Assembly (NCBI GenBank): GCA_963837955.1
Contig: CAWIPH010000002.1
Span: 4,448,001 to 4,512,000, forward strand
Length of the DNA: 64,000 nt
Reading direction: 5' to 3'
Origin: an uncultured Verrucomicrobiae bacterium
GTDB lineage: Bacteria; Verrucomicrobiota; Verrucomicrobiia; Chthoniobacterales; JAFAMB01
Shown: positions 52,751-62,638 of the stretch, one piece after another
How positions within the stretch are numbered: the first letter of the stretch is position 1
Layout: every line of letters starts with the position of its first letter
Program-made: the position numbers and the translations under genes
The notes under the pieces: model-generated
What the model saw: the letters and a program-made list of their open reading frames with translations, nothing else
What the model was told of the DNA's origin: nothing
Databases searched by the model: none

Positions 52751-53242
52751 CTAACGAACGCTCGCGAAGGTGTTCACGACGGTGAGATCGAAGGTGGCGT
52801 CGACTTTAGCCCCATCGGCCGAACTATCATCGATTTGCAATTTACCGACGAGGTGGTTCGGCTCACTGGTGGTGAGCGTGAAGGCTTCGCCGTTGGTGGC
52901 GCCGGAGTATTGCAGCTTTTCGCCATTTAACCGGACTGCGTAGTCGAGGTGTCTGGCATCACTGAAGTCGACCATCGCGCCGTCCCCGAGTGCGCTGTCG
53001 GCGCAGGAAAGGGTTTTGCATGCTTTGATCTTTGCGCCGACGTCGACGCTCGACAGGTAAATCCGCAGCACGGTCTTGCTCGGATCCATCTCATCCGGGC
53101 CGCGTACTAACCATCCGTATTTCACCGAGCACTTGCCGGTCTTGAATGCAATCGTTCCGCTCGCGCTACCGTCCGCAAGCGCCAGGGAAGATGTGGTCAG
53201 CCAGATCACTGACAGAACCAGAACATTTCGGAGCACTATCAT
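52751..53242 (-). CDS. Secreted hypothetical protein
   Basis: Signal peptide ending ALA, beta-rich composition, three cysteines. Confidence 0.7.
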   Translation of the reverse strand: MIVLRNVLVLSVIWLTTSSLALADGSASGTIAFKTGKCSVKYGWLVRGPDEMDPSKTVLRIYLSSVDVGAKIKACKTLSCADSALGDGAMVDFSDARHLDYAVRLNGEKLQYSGATNGEAFTLTTSEPNHLVGKLQIDDSSADGAKVDATFDLTVVNTFASVR

Positions 53243-53308
53243 TTGATTAGCGTAAGTTTTTTCTGCCAATCACGTCAAGCGCAGTCGCCATACCTAACGG
53301 TCTGTCTA

Positions 53309-53893
53309 ATCTCACGCAAAGACGCCAAGACGCAAAGGGAGGAAGTGAGAGGTGATTGATGAACGGAGCGACGTCCAGCGAAGCGCATGACAGATGACAG
53401 ACAAAGCGCATAGCAGATAGCAAATAGCCAAGTGATCCAGGAGACAGAGGTGGGCTGAACGTGATCTCGCGCAAAAACGCCGAGTTCCGTCCGCCAATCA
53501 CCGCCCCCGCTCCCTCAAAGCGAATATGCTCACCGAGTTTGGCAACGACGGAGCGGCTAGCAAAGGTAAGAACTCAGCGTCCAGGCGGTGGAGGCATTGC
53601 GGAGACAAATGGTCAGAGGAGAAATGTAACGGGTAACCCTGAGCCGGAGGTAGCAAAGTTTGCAAAGGGTAAGTACATTCACTCTGCGGTTCCGCAAAGC
53701 CTCGGCGAAGCGCATGACAAATAGCAAATAGCAGATAGCAAATGAAGCCCTGACAGACCTGTTGAAAAACCAGATGGAACATGGGCTGAGCCCTGTCGCT
53801 GGCGTTTCTCATCAATTTGTCATTTGTCATCTGTCATCTGTCATTGCTTCCCCGCTCTGCTATCTGCTATCTGCTATCTGCTATGCGCTTCGC
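53309..53893. repeat. Mosaic repeat module including a TIR-bounded unit at 53704-53893
   Basis: ggcgaagcgcatgac at 53704, atgcgcttcgc at 53883-53893 overlapping the DoxX stop. Confidence 0.85.
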
Positions 53894-54294
53894 AGCGGAA
53901 TGAGTGCCTGCAGTCGCTCTTCGCGCAGGTAAAGTCCGCCCCACAGCAACACCGCGATGTAGACCGGGAAGAGCGCGTGCGAGAAGAGCGGATCGCCAAC
54001 GCGCACGTGCGTAGCGACGGCACCGCCTAGATAACCGGTTAAAAGGATCGCACCGAGAACGGCAGTACGCGGAATGACATAGAGGATGACGCAAACCAGC
54101 ACGACGATCCCGAGACCAATAATAACGTTCTCGGGATATCCGAGCTGAAGCGTTGCTTTCACGACAAACTCGGGTTTCATCAATTTCATGACCCCGTCCA
54201 TAAGCAGGAATAGCACGGGCAGCCCACTCATGATGCGACCGGCCCAAAGTCTCCCCTTCGAGACGGGAGCCATTTCATTATTTTTTGTGCTCAT
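53881..54294 (-). CDS. DoxX-family membrane protein
   Basis: FLLMDGVMKL, LGYP, LY.IPRT.VLGAILLTGYLGGA.ATH.R. Confidence 0.9.
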   Translation of the reverse strand: MSTKNNEMAPVSKGRLWAGRIMSGLPVLFLLMDGVMKLMKPEFVVKATLQLGYPENVIIGLGIVVLVCVILYVIPRTAVLGAILLTGYLGGAVATHVRVGDPLFSHALFPVYIAVLLWGGLYLREERLQALIPLRSA

Positions 54295-54361
54295 ATTTAA
54301 GTGTTTTCGTTGCGATGTTTCAGGCATACAACGAACAAGGCAGAGTATTTAGGACATCGCT

Positions 54362-54898
54362 GGCGAAGCGCATGACCGGCGAAGCGCATGACCGGCGAAG
54401 CGCACAGCAGATAGCAGATAGCAGATAGCAAATGAAGGCCTGACGGACCTGTTGAACAGCCAGATGGGACATGGGCTGAGTCCTGTTACGCCGTTCCGAC
54501 TTCGCCCACGCGGTAAACATGACTGGATCACAGGACAAGGCTTCGTCGGACAAGTCCGCCGCCGCCAAACTCGTGAGTATATTCGCTTTGAGGAGACGGG
54601 CTATGGCGGACAAGTCGGCGTATTTGTCATCTGTCATTCGTCATCTCTCATCACCTTGGCTATTTGCTATCTGCTAGTCTGCTATGCGCTTCGCCTGTCA
54701 TCTGTCATGACGCCTTCGCCTACGCCGACCGATTCTAAATTCTACTGTCCCATCTTTGCGTCTTGGCGTCTTTGCGTGAGGTTATTTCCGGCCGAGCGGG
54801 CGTGTCCGACGAAGCATCCACCAGGTGATGATACGATTTCCGACTAACTTCGCGAAGTCGGAAGCTCAGCCCTACCGGTCTTGGCGACTTTGCGTAAG
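54362..54898. repeat. Mosaic repeat module
   Basis: Three tandem ggcgaagcgca(tgacc) 16-mers, inverse gacttgtccg family, inverse GTAG-hairpin family. Confidence 0.85.
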
Positions 54899-54913
54899 AT
54901 TTTAAATTCTGAG

Positions 54914-54944
54914 TGAAAACGCGCCGGCGGGCGGCGCGTTTTCA
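54914..54944. terminator. Bidirectional rho-independent terminator
   Basis: tgaaaacgcgccg-gcggg-cggcgcgttttca perfect 13-bp stem downstream of the glycosidase. Confidence 0.75.
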
Positions 54945-54977
54945 TCGCCTGTTATCTCTCAGATTGGAATTGCAGCA

Positions 54978-57467
54978 TCATTCAGTCTGAATCCACACCT
55001 CCTGCGTGCCACCGGAGTTTGTTTGCACATGGATCTCTTCGCCTCGGTTCGTGGAAACGATCTGGAACGCAGCGGGCGAATGATTCAGGCTCACCGACTT
55101 GACCTGGGTTTTAGCCGGCAGGGTGTATCCGATGGTTAAACTCCAGCCAACCGGAGCCGAAACTGTTGTGACATAGTTTATTCCGGCACGCCGCACCGAA
55201 ACGGCGATCTGCGAAGAGCCTATCCGCAGATTATCAACCGAAAGCTCTTTCCAGGAACCAGGTAGGTCCGGCACGACCGACAAAGATTTTGCGGGAGCAT
55301 CCGGCTTGATCCCAAGGTACAACTCCAGCAGCGGCCAGTGAATGCCATACGAAGACCAGGCTTGCATGACCATCGCCCCGCCGAATGGCGGGAAGTACTT
55401 GTAATCTGGACTATCAAATAATTCCGGTAATGCGCCGGGCTGCTCGACGTCCAGTTCGTTAGCGATGAACTTGATATAACTTAGCGATTGGTCCATTCGC
55501 CCGTAATTGGCCTCGGCGATGGCCATTACACCGGTGTTCACCGCAGAGGCTTGAAGATTGCCTTTGATGGCCGGGAGGCTTTGACCTTGCTGATAGAAAC
55601 CGGTCGTTCCAGTAAAAGTGGAAGACTCGAGTTGGGGGAAGGCGATTGAGGCGTTCTGCAACGGAGCGATACTTGTCTCCATCGGGGTAGCATTGATCCA
55701 GTAGAGCTGTTCCAGTGGCTGTGTCGTTGGTTGGTTGCCAAGCGTTGCTGGAGGATCTGTCGGCACCACTTGATTCAGAGCGAGCGAATCGGCAAAGAGC
55801 CCCGGGCTCGACATCCACCAGTCATTTGTGAAATTGCTAGTCAGCGCGCTGGCCTTCTTGGTGGCCCAGTCCCGCGTGGCAGTATCTCCTCTGCTATCCG
55901 CCATTTCAGCTAGATCATTCAGCGCCCGAATGGTGTAAACGGCCACATCGAGCTTGATCGCGCCCATGCCGGTCGCTTCAACCATTCCGGCGCCTTCCGG
56001 CCAGCCATGCGGATTTAAGCTGGGGGTGAAATTAGTCGTGACGTAGTTCAGTCCAGCTTTGATGAAATCATAGTTGTCGTCCCGAACGGAATTATCACCC
56101 GACCAACGCCAGAGAGTAGCAACGGCCGTAGCGAACTCTGCCGTTTCGTTTACATCACCATTTTGTGCGTTGGTACCAAAATAAATCGAGCCGTCCGTGA
56201 CGATCTCGTGCAGCACTTTGCCGGTTGTTCCGTTCACCAGCTGCGAGACCTGGCGGATGGTAGCTAAATGATTTTTGGCTTCTTCCCACTGCCCAACTGC
56301 AGCCAATGAAAAGGTGGTATACGCGCCATCGGTTCCGAAAAACCAGGGATAGTCCGGATATCCAGCTCCGAAGCCGGAAAGAACGGGAAATGTGGGCGTG
56401 AGCGGGGACGGGTACACTTTTCCTTCCTGGGTATCCCGGACCATCATATCGCGAACCGTCCTCCGCATATCGGCCAAGTTCAGTTTACCCCAATCAAAAG
56501 CGGCTTGGATGTCTTCATCCGGAACATGGATTTGCGCCTGGGAGAGCACTTGCTGGCGCCCGGCGATTTTCGCGCGGAGCAGTTCATCCGGAGCCGCCAG
56601 CCCGAGCGTCAGGGCTCCGGAAGCTTCCGTCAGGTCGACATTCGAGCCAGCAATGGCGAACCAGACCGTCGCGCTGGATTCCCCTTTGAGCGTGACTTGA
56701 TATTTCAGCATTCCAGTAGCGCCGTTGTGCTTAGAGGTGTTCGGAGGAAAGCTGGCTCCAATTGATTGGAAACCCGTCTCTCGATCCTGCGGGTCCAGGG
56801 CCGCGCTGACGAGCGCATACCATGCTGAGCGGCTAAGTGTGGATTGGGCAGGTTGAGTGAACTGAAGCGCTCCGAGAGTTGAATCAAAAGAGACTTGGTC
56901 CGGTAGATGGAGTGATTCGGAGGTGGGCGTGGTCCCGCTCCATGGATAAGCTGGAATTAATTCGCTCTCGGCTTCAATGGCTAGGGTGAAGCTGTTAGTA
57001 CCTGGACTCGAGTTGCGGACCTGCACTCCGACCAGCACGACTGGTAATCCGTCGGGAGCAAATTGAGTCTCGCTGATCTCGATGCCTTGCGTTGGAGGTA
57101 ACTCCAACCGGACATAGCCTGCCCCACTCACAAAGTTCGCAGCTGCAGGCAACGGGTTGCCATTCAAAAAGAATTGAAACTGATGGAGGAGCTTAATCGG
57201 GTGCGCCCATACGCCGCCCATTTGCCCGGTAATGTGCCAGCCTATTCCATTCGGACTCAGGCTGACATCCGGAACCAGGCTGCCATTCTGGACGCCAACG
57301 ACGTAGGCGCGATCACCCGCGGCCACGTAACGCTTCATATTCAGGTTTTGGTCGGTTTCTCTTTCGAGAGGTTCATTCTTCAACGGAATCTGTCCGGCTC
57401 GGGTGGTCGGCACGGACAACAGAGAACCAGCTATCAGCATGGTCCATATGCTTAATCGCAGTTTCAT
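54978..57467 (-). CDS. Secreted glycoside hydrolase-like protein (glycogen-debranching / six-hairpin type)
   Basis: Signal peptide from ATG 57467; GAGYPDYPWFFGTDG, GKVLHEI, PGALPE, MQAWS.YG motifs. Confidence 0.75.
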   Translation of the reverse strand: MKLRLSIWTMLIAGSLLSVPTTRAGQIPLKNEPLERETDQNLNMKRYVAAGDRAYVVGVQNGSLVPDVSLSPNGIGWHITGQMGGVWAHPIKLLHQFQFFLNGNPLPAAANFVSGAGYVRLELPPTQGIEISETQFAPDGLPVVLVGVQVRNSSPGTNSFTLAIEAESELIPAYPWSGTTPTSESLHLPDQVSFDSTLGALQFTQPAQSTLSRSAWYALVSAALDPQDRETGFQSIGASFPPNTSKHNGATGMLKYQVTLKGESSATVWFAIAGSNVDLTEASGALTLGLAAPDELLRAKIAGRQQVLSQAQIHVPDEDIQAAFDWGKLNLADMRRTVRDMMVRDTQEGKVYPSPLTPTFPVLSGFGAGYPDYPWFFGTDGAYTTFSLAAVGQWEEAKNHLATIRQVSQLVNGTTGKVLHEIVTDGSIYFGTNAQNGDVNETAEFATAVATLWRWSGDNSVRDDNYDFIKAGLNYVTTNFTPSLNPHGWPEGAGMVEATGMGAIKLDVAVYTIRALNDLAEMADSRGDTATRDWATKKASALTSNFTNDWWMSSPGLFADSLALNQVVPTDPPATLGNQPTTQPLEQLYWINATPMETSIAPLQNASIAFPQLESSTFTGTTGFYQQGQSLPAIKGNLQASAVNTGVMAIAEANYGRMDQSLSYIKFIANELDVEQPGALPELFDSPDYKYFPPFGGAMVMQAWSSYGIHWPLLELYLGIKPDAPAKSLSVVPDLPGSWKELSVDNLRIGSSQIAVSVRRAGINYVTTVSAPVGWSLTIGYTLPAKTQVKSVSLNHSPAAFQIVSTNRGEEIHVQTNSGGTQEVWIQTE

Positions 57468-57620
57468 TTTTGATTTCCTTTTGTTCTGTCGGGTTTCACC
57501 TGGGCTTCCTGCCAAGGTGGGAAGGGAAAACCGGTTTTGGCTTATCGGCAGACTGGGCCGCGTAGCGAGTGAACGTCCTTTGCGGGACAGTTGGTCAGAA
57601 AAGTAGCGGACCGCGCCGCT

Positions 57621-57634
57621 CTTTATCGTTAAAG
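57621..57634. promoter_or_regulatory. Candidate LacI operator CTTTATCGTTAAAG
   Basis: 13/14 match to the perfect palindrome at 58814-58827; upstream of the glycosidase. Confidence 0.65.
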
Positions 57635-57676
57635 GTAAGGGAGGAGGTTGATCATCCATGATCCGTTTCCTCCTCC

Positions 57677-58762
57677 CTATGACCGCTTTGATGTTCGGGG
57701 TGCTGCGACCGATTCCCGTACGATCAATTCGGTCGAAAGTTTTCGGAATTCCGCGGTGTACGGTAAATCTCCAGCCACAATCGCCGCCGCCATCTGCCCC
57801 TTTGCTCGAGACGGTTGCCGAACCGTGGTCAGAGGAGGAGTGGATCCAGCGGCTTGCGGAATATCGTCGAATCCGATGATGGAAAGGTCTCTGGGCACCT
57901 TCAACCCAAGCTGGGTTGCAGCGTGCAGCGCACCGAAAGCCATTCGGTCACTCATCGAAAATATCGCAGTCGGTCGCCCGCGTTTCCTGCTCAAAAATTT
58001 CGTAGTCCAATAAGCCGCTTCCGCGTCGTCATTAATTCGGATTTCGTAGATTGGAACCGTTGCGAGATCGATTCCGGCAGCTTTCAATCCGTCGACATAT
58101 CCCAAAAGGCGTTGCCGGGTGACCGAGGCGCGGCATCTTTTGACTCGGTCACGGTCAACCAGTCCGGAGAATCCGTCGGGCAGCATCTCCAATGACAGGA
58201 TAGCTATCTGGCGATGACCAAGTTCCAAGACGTGACCAGCGATTTTCCTCGCTGCACCGCGATCGTCGATGCCCACCGCGGCGATACCGGGAAGTTTGCC
58301 CATGTCTACGGTAACGGTGGGCAATTGTCGCCCCAGGACGCGTTTGATGATCGAGCTATGGTCCGGAATCGCATAGAGAATGAAACTGTCGACGGCTACT
58401 TTATCGATCGCCGTTATTCGGGAGATATCCTGCGCGGCGGGTAAGACGGTTAATCCGTATTGGTGCTTCTCGCAGATCTCAGAGATTCCCGCCATGAAAG
58501 CAGATGCATTGGAATCCTCGAAGAGGTGAGGGATCGGATCGGCATTAAACAGCGCGATGGCACCGGCTAGTCCGGTTCTGAGCATTCTGCCGGAGGGACG
58601 CGGTCCATGGTAACCGGCGCTTGCGGCTGTAGAGAGAATATGCTGCCGGAGATCGGCAGATAATTCTTCAGGCCGATTAAAAGCGTTTGATACGGTCATA
58701 GCCGAAACGCCGAGTTGCTGAGCCAAAGACTTCAGAGTCACCCGATCACGGATGGGAAACAT
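57677..58762 (-). CDS. LacI-family transcriptional regulator
   Basis: VTLK.LA..LGVS.MTVSNAFN, VP.DLSIIGFDD, PPLTTVRQP. Confidence 0.93.
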   Translation of the reverse strand: MFPIRDRVTLKSLAQQLGVSAMTVSNAFNRPEELSADLRQHILSTAASAGYHGPRPSGRMLRTGLAGAIALFNADPIPHLFEDSNASAFMAGISEICEKHQYGLTVLPAAQDISRITAIDKVAVDSFILYAIPDHSSIIKRVLGRQLPTVTVDMGKLPGIAAVGIDDRGAARKIAGHVLELGHRQIAILSLEMLPDGFSGLVDRDRVKRCRASVTRQRLLGYVDGLKAAGIDLATVPIYEIRINDDAEAAYWTTKFLSRKRGRPTAIFSMSDRMAFGALHAATQLGLKVPRDLSIIGFDDIPQAAGSTPPLTTVRQPSRAKGQMAAAIVAGDLPYTAEFRKLSTELIVRESVAAPRTSKRS

Positions 58763-58813
58763 GGGCTGAACTGGAGGATTTTGAGGCAAGGGGGAACCAA
58801 ATTTTCCTACTTC

Positions 58814-58827
58814 CTTTAACGTTAAAG
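58814..58827. promoter_or_regulatory. Candidate LacI operator CTTTAACGTTAAAG
   Basis: Perfect 14-bp palindrome with central CG, upstream of lacI. Confidence 0.7.
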
Positions 58828-59487
58828 TCAACCGTTTTGTTTTCCCTCCTCACCCCAAAATCTCACGTGAGACGCAAAGGCGCGAAACGCGGATTTCGAG
58901 AATGTTTCACAAATGGCTCGCAGAGACCGAGAAGAACTTTCTAACAGGAGCCACAGACGATAACGGAGAAAACCGAGTCTCACGCAAAGGCGCCAAGACG
59001 CAAAGGTTTGCGCACCAATCACCGATCCCTTCTGGATTTCCTGCCTTCTGTATTCTGTCAGCATCGATACCCCGGAATATTGAACGTATAAAGGACGTGA
59101 GCCCAGATTGGAGGCCTCGCTACCGCTCCCTGGCTCGACGTTAAGAGCTCACCGCATCTGACAATGCAGCATGAGAAATGGTGACTGCAGATCTAGCTGG
59201 AAATCAGCTAATTTGTGCTGCGCTTCGCCCATACGCGTCAAAATAGACTGGCTTGTCCTGTCTCCATCGTCCTGGATTTCGGCCTTTTCCGTGCGCTCTA
59301 GAGAGCGTCGACTCTCTAACCTGGGGTACCGTCAAGCTCAACCCTGGGCTATCCACGCGCGTTTGCGTATCTGCCATAATGTGATCTGTGATGCGCATTC
59401 GCTCCCCGCTTTGTATCTGCTATTTGCTACCTGCGGCTGTCTCGCCCGTTTAGGCGTGACCCCTATTGGACTCTTCTCCAAAATGGC

Positions 59488-60378
59488 TTGCTTATGAGGC
59501 TGCTCCGCGCTGTTTCCTTTTTCGCCCTGCTCTCTGGCTTAGCGACTTCCGCAATGGCCGTGGAATGGCCAAGTGACTTCGTCGTCCATTCCGGTACCGA
59601 ATCCCCCGGCGGTCGTTACGGTATTCTGGTCTCAACACAGGAATCGGACTCGAACTGCTATCTAGCCGATATTCAGTCCCATCGGGTGCTAGGAAAGCTC
59701 AAGGAAGTGGACTACTTCGAACACGAGAATCACGCCGATCTCTCGGCGATCTGGAGTGCGGATTCCATTCGTTGCGTAGTAACGTGCAGTGGCCGTTTTG
59801 GCTTCGGAACGATCGCGCTGGTCGAGCTCCACGGGCAGAATTTTCATCAAGTCGATCTCGGCACCGCTATCCAGAACTCGCTCGAGGCAGTGACTTCGAA
59901 AGAAGCAAAGAAGGATGGCGAGAAACCCGACTGCTTCGCCATTGCCTACCAGCGCTTCGTCAAAGATAACAAGATCCGGTTCCGCGCCGTAAGCACCTCG
60001 AACCCCAAACAACTGGATATCGTGCGGACTTATTGCGCGCTTTTCCAAGGCACTTATGATTACGGCGCAGCCCGCTGGACAGTTACCGATGCGCGTTCGA
60101 TCACGGCGGATATGTTTGAAATTTTGGCCGACGTTTACGTAGACGCCGGCGACGATACGAGGGAATTTTCCAATGAGCAGGATAAAGCGGAAGCTTACGA
60201 CGAATCGCTGAACCAGGTCTATTCCGCGGTGCGTTTTATCTTACCAAAGGCCGAGTTTGAGAAGGTAAAAGCTACCCAGGTTGCCTGGCTCAAGCAGCGA
60301 GATGCGGTCTCATCTATCGAGGAGAAAAACCAGCTTGTCCTGGCCCGGGTCAACGCGCTGAAGGATCTGCTCCGGTAA
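59488..60378 (+). CDS. Secreted protein with C-terminal LprI/DUF1311-like domain
   Basis: Signal peptide; D..LN.VY......L........Q.AWL..RD motif. Confidence 0.7.
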   Translation: MLMRLLRAVSFFALLSGLATSAMAVEWPSDFVVHSGTESPGGRYGILVSTQESDSNCYLADIQSHRVLGKLKEVDYFEHENHADLSAIWSADSIRCVVTCSGRFGFGTIALVELHGQNFHQVDLGTAIQNSLEAVTSKEAKKDGEKPDCFAIAYQRFVKDNKIRFRAVSTSNPKQLDIVRTYCALFQGTYDYGAARWTVTDARSITADMFEILADVYVDAGDDTREFSNEQDKAEAYDESLNQVYSAVRFILPKAEFEKVKATQVAWLKQRDAVSSIEEKNQLVLARVNALKDLLR

Positions 60379-60399
60379 TATTCGGCGGGCCAAGATTAA

Positions 60400-61033
60400 C
60401 CTCACGCAAAGACGCGAAGACGGGTCTCACGCAAAGGCGCCAAGACGCAAAGACGGATGCTAAACAGAAGGTAGCAAAGGAAGCAAAGGTTAGACCACTG
60501 GGTTCTGAATTCCGCTTCTCATTAATTTGTCATCTGTCATTTGTCATGCGCTTCGCCCGCTATCTGCTATCTGCTATCTGCTATGCGCTTCGCCTGCTAT
60601 GCGCTCCGCCCGTCATGCGTTTCGCCTGTCCCTCTCCTTGCCCCCAAATTCTAAATTCCAAATTCCAGGGCGGGTAGGGCGAAACAGATCCAGCGAAGGC
60701 AGGATCTGTGAGCTTAAAGATTTGGGCGGATCCAAATTCCAAATTCTGGAATCCAGATTCTGATTTCTGCCAGCCCACCCCGCATGTTGAATGTTTAGGC
60801 GTGCCCCTATCGTCACAGTTGCATCCCACCGGCTCGGGATAAGATTTGCGACAACTGAGGAGTTTGCCGCGCGGGATGCAATATGCATTATCCGGCTGTC
60901 ATCCCGTTTATATTACTCTAATGTACTGAGAGGACGGCCATGCGCCATGTTTCGCGTTTCACTCCCCGCCTCCATCTGTCATTTTCATCTGTCATCTGTC
61001 ATCTGTCATCTGTCATCTGTCATGCGCTTCGCC
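60400..61033. repeat. Mosaic repeat modules
   Basis: Octamer arrays, tandem heptamer+atgcgcttcgcc units, taaattc heptamers, long gtcatct run ending at 61033. Confidence 0.8.
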
Positions 61034-61117
61034 TGTCCCTAATGGATCAGCCCTTGCCCCTCACCCGGCCAGTCATGTAAATGTTTTGTGGGCCGGCCGG
61101 CTAGAAAAGGAGACATA

Positions 61118-62620
61118 GTGGAACATCTCTTACAGCTGCAACACATCACAAAGTCGTTCTATGGAGTCGAAGTACTGAAAAAGGTAAACTTTGATCTTTG
61201 CCAAGGAGAAGTCCACGCGCTCTTGGGCGAGAATGGAGCGGGCAAGTCTACTCTGATCAAGATACTTTCCGGAGCCTATAAGCTCGATTCTGGAAGGATC
61301 ATGCTGAAAGGAAAAGAGATCGCTCCTAACTACGGCCCGAAAGGCGCAGAAGATCTGGGCATAGTAACCATCTATCAGAATTTCCACCTTGTTCCCCACT
61401 TAAGCGTCGCGGAAAACTTAGCCATTCGAAAGTTCACGACTGATCAAGGTCTGTTGATCAATTGGCCGAGAGTGTATAACCAGGCCAGGGAAACTCTCGC
61501 AAGAATCAATTTCCCGATCGACCCAAAATCCAAGGTCAAAAATCTGAGCGTCGCTAAAAAACAGATGCTCGAAATCGCCATCGCTCTTTCCAAAAGAGCT
61601 GAGATTCTCATTATGGACGAGCCGACGGCTGCCCTCAGTAAGAAGGAGATCGAGGTTCTTTTCGAAATCATCGGCCAACTGAAGGCGCAAGGTCTCGGGA
61701 TTATTTACGTCTCTCACAAGCTGGAGGAAATTAAGCAGATCGCGGATCGAGTAACGATTCTTCGGGATGGAGATAAAATCGCCACCCTCAACCTACGAGA
61801 GACTGAGCTGAAAGATGTGATCCGGCTCATGATCGGGCGTGAAATGGTGATTGAACAACGGGAGAAAATCGACACCAAACGGAATATCGTTTTGGCGCTA
61901 AGAGATGTCAGGAACCTCCATTTTACTTACCCGTTGAGTCTGGCGGTTCGAGAGCACGAGGTTTTAGGTATCACCGGGCTGATTGGAGCAGGGAAAACAG
62001 AACTGGCCCAAGTGCTGTTCGGCGTGGACAAGGTCGCCGCGGGCAAGATCTACCTGCAAGGAAAAGAACTGAAAATTAAAACGCCGCGCCGGGCGGTGAA
62101 AGCTGGAATCGGCTATTTACCAGAGGATCGAGACGGTAAAGGTTTGTGTCTCAATATGGGCGTCCGAGAGAACCTCACCCTCGCGTTCCTGGCAAAGCTG
62201 AAACGGCTTTTTTTTGATCGTCTATCCGAAACAATGCTAGCCAAGCGAATGATCCAATCGGTGCGGATCAAGGCAAATAGCGCCTCTCAGCAGGTGAAGT
62301 ATTTGAGTGGCGGAAATAAACAAAAAGTGGTGTTTGGAAAGTGGCTAGAGGCAAAATGCCAAGTCTTAATTCTCGATGAACCCACCATGGGCATTGATAT
62401 CGGAGCCCGAAAGGAAATCTATGATCTCGTACACCGCTTTATCGAGGGGCCGAAGAAAGGACTCATTTTTATCTCGAGCGACATTAACGAGATACTGGAA
62501 GTCGCCGATCGCATCCTGGTAATGTCTGGCCGCCGGATCGTGGCCGAACTCGACGCGCGCGAAACGAATAAGCAGGAAATTATCGAACACAGCATGCGAC
62601 TCAGCGATCAGGTCGCTTAA
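61118..62620 (+). CDS. Sugar ABC transporter ATP-binding protein (RbsA/MglA type)
   Basis: GENGAGKST, MDEPT, LSGGNKQK, LDEPT.GID; GTG start after aggaga. Confidence 0.95.
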   Translation: MEHLLQLQHITKSFYGVEVLKKVNFDLCQGEVHALLGENGAGKSTLIKILSGAYKLDSGRIMLKGKEIAPNYGPKGAEDLGIVTIYQNFHLVPHLSVAENLAIRKFTTDQGLLINWPRVYNQARETLARINFPIDPKSKVKNLSVAKKQMLEIAIALSKRAEILIMDEPTAALSKKEIEVLFEIIGQLKAQGLGIIYVSHKLEEIKQIADRVTILRDGDKIATLNLRETELKDVIRLMIGREMVIEQREKIDTKRNIVLALRDVRNLHFTYPLSLAVREHEVLGITGLIGAGKTELAQVLFGVDKVAAGKIYLQGKELKIKTPRRAVKAGIGYLPEDRDGKGLCLNMGVRENLTLAFLAKLKRLFFDRLSETMLAKRMIQSVRIKANSASQQVKYLSGGNKQKVVFGKWLEAKCQVLILDEPTMGIDIGARKEIYDLVHRFIEGPKKGLIFISSDINEILEVADRILVMSGRRIVAELDARETNKQEIIEHSMRLSDQVA

Positions 62621-62638
62621 GTTCACGAAAGCCACAGC

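Noticed and set aside
60..61033. CRISPR array
   Set aside because: Repeats are degenerate, irregularly spaced and in both orientations; there are no constant-length spacers and no cas genes.
60..61033. Classical integron or superintegron
   Set aside because: No intI, genes lie in both orientations, and I could not see RYYYAAC...GTTRRRY attC structures.
143..61042. Dozens of short ORFs containing LTQRRQDAK, SLRLCVR, SVICHLS, ICYLL or FLTGAHRDNGE
   Set aside because: These are translations of the octamer, heptamer and nonamer arrays; they have no RBS or protein-like content.
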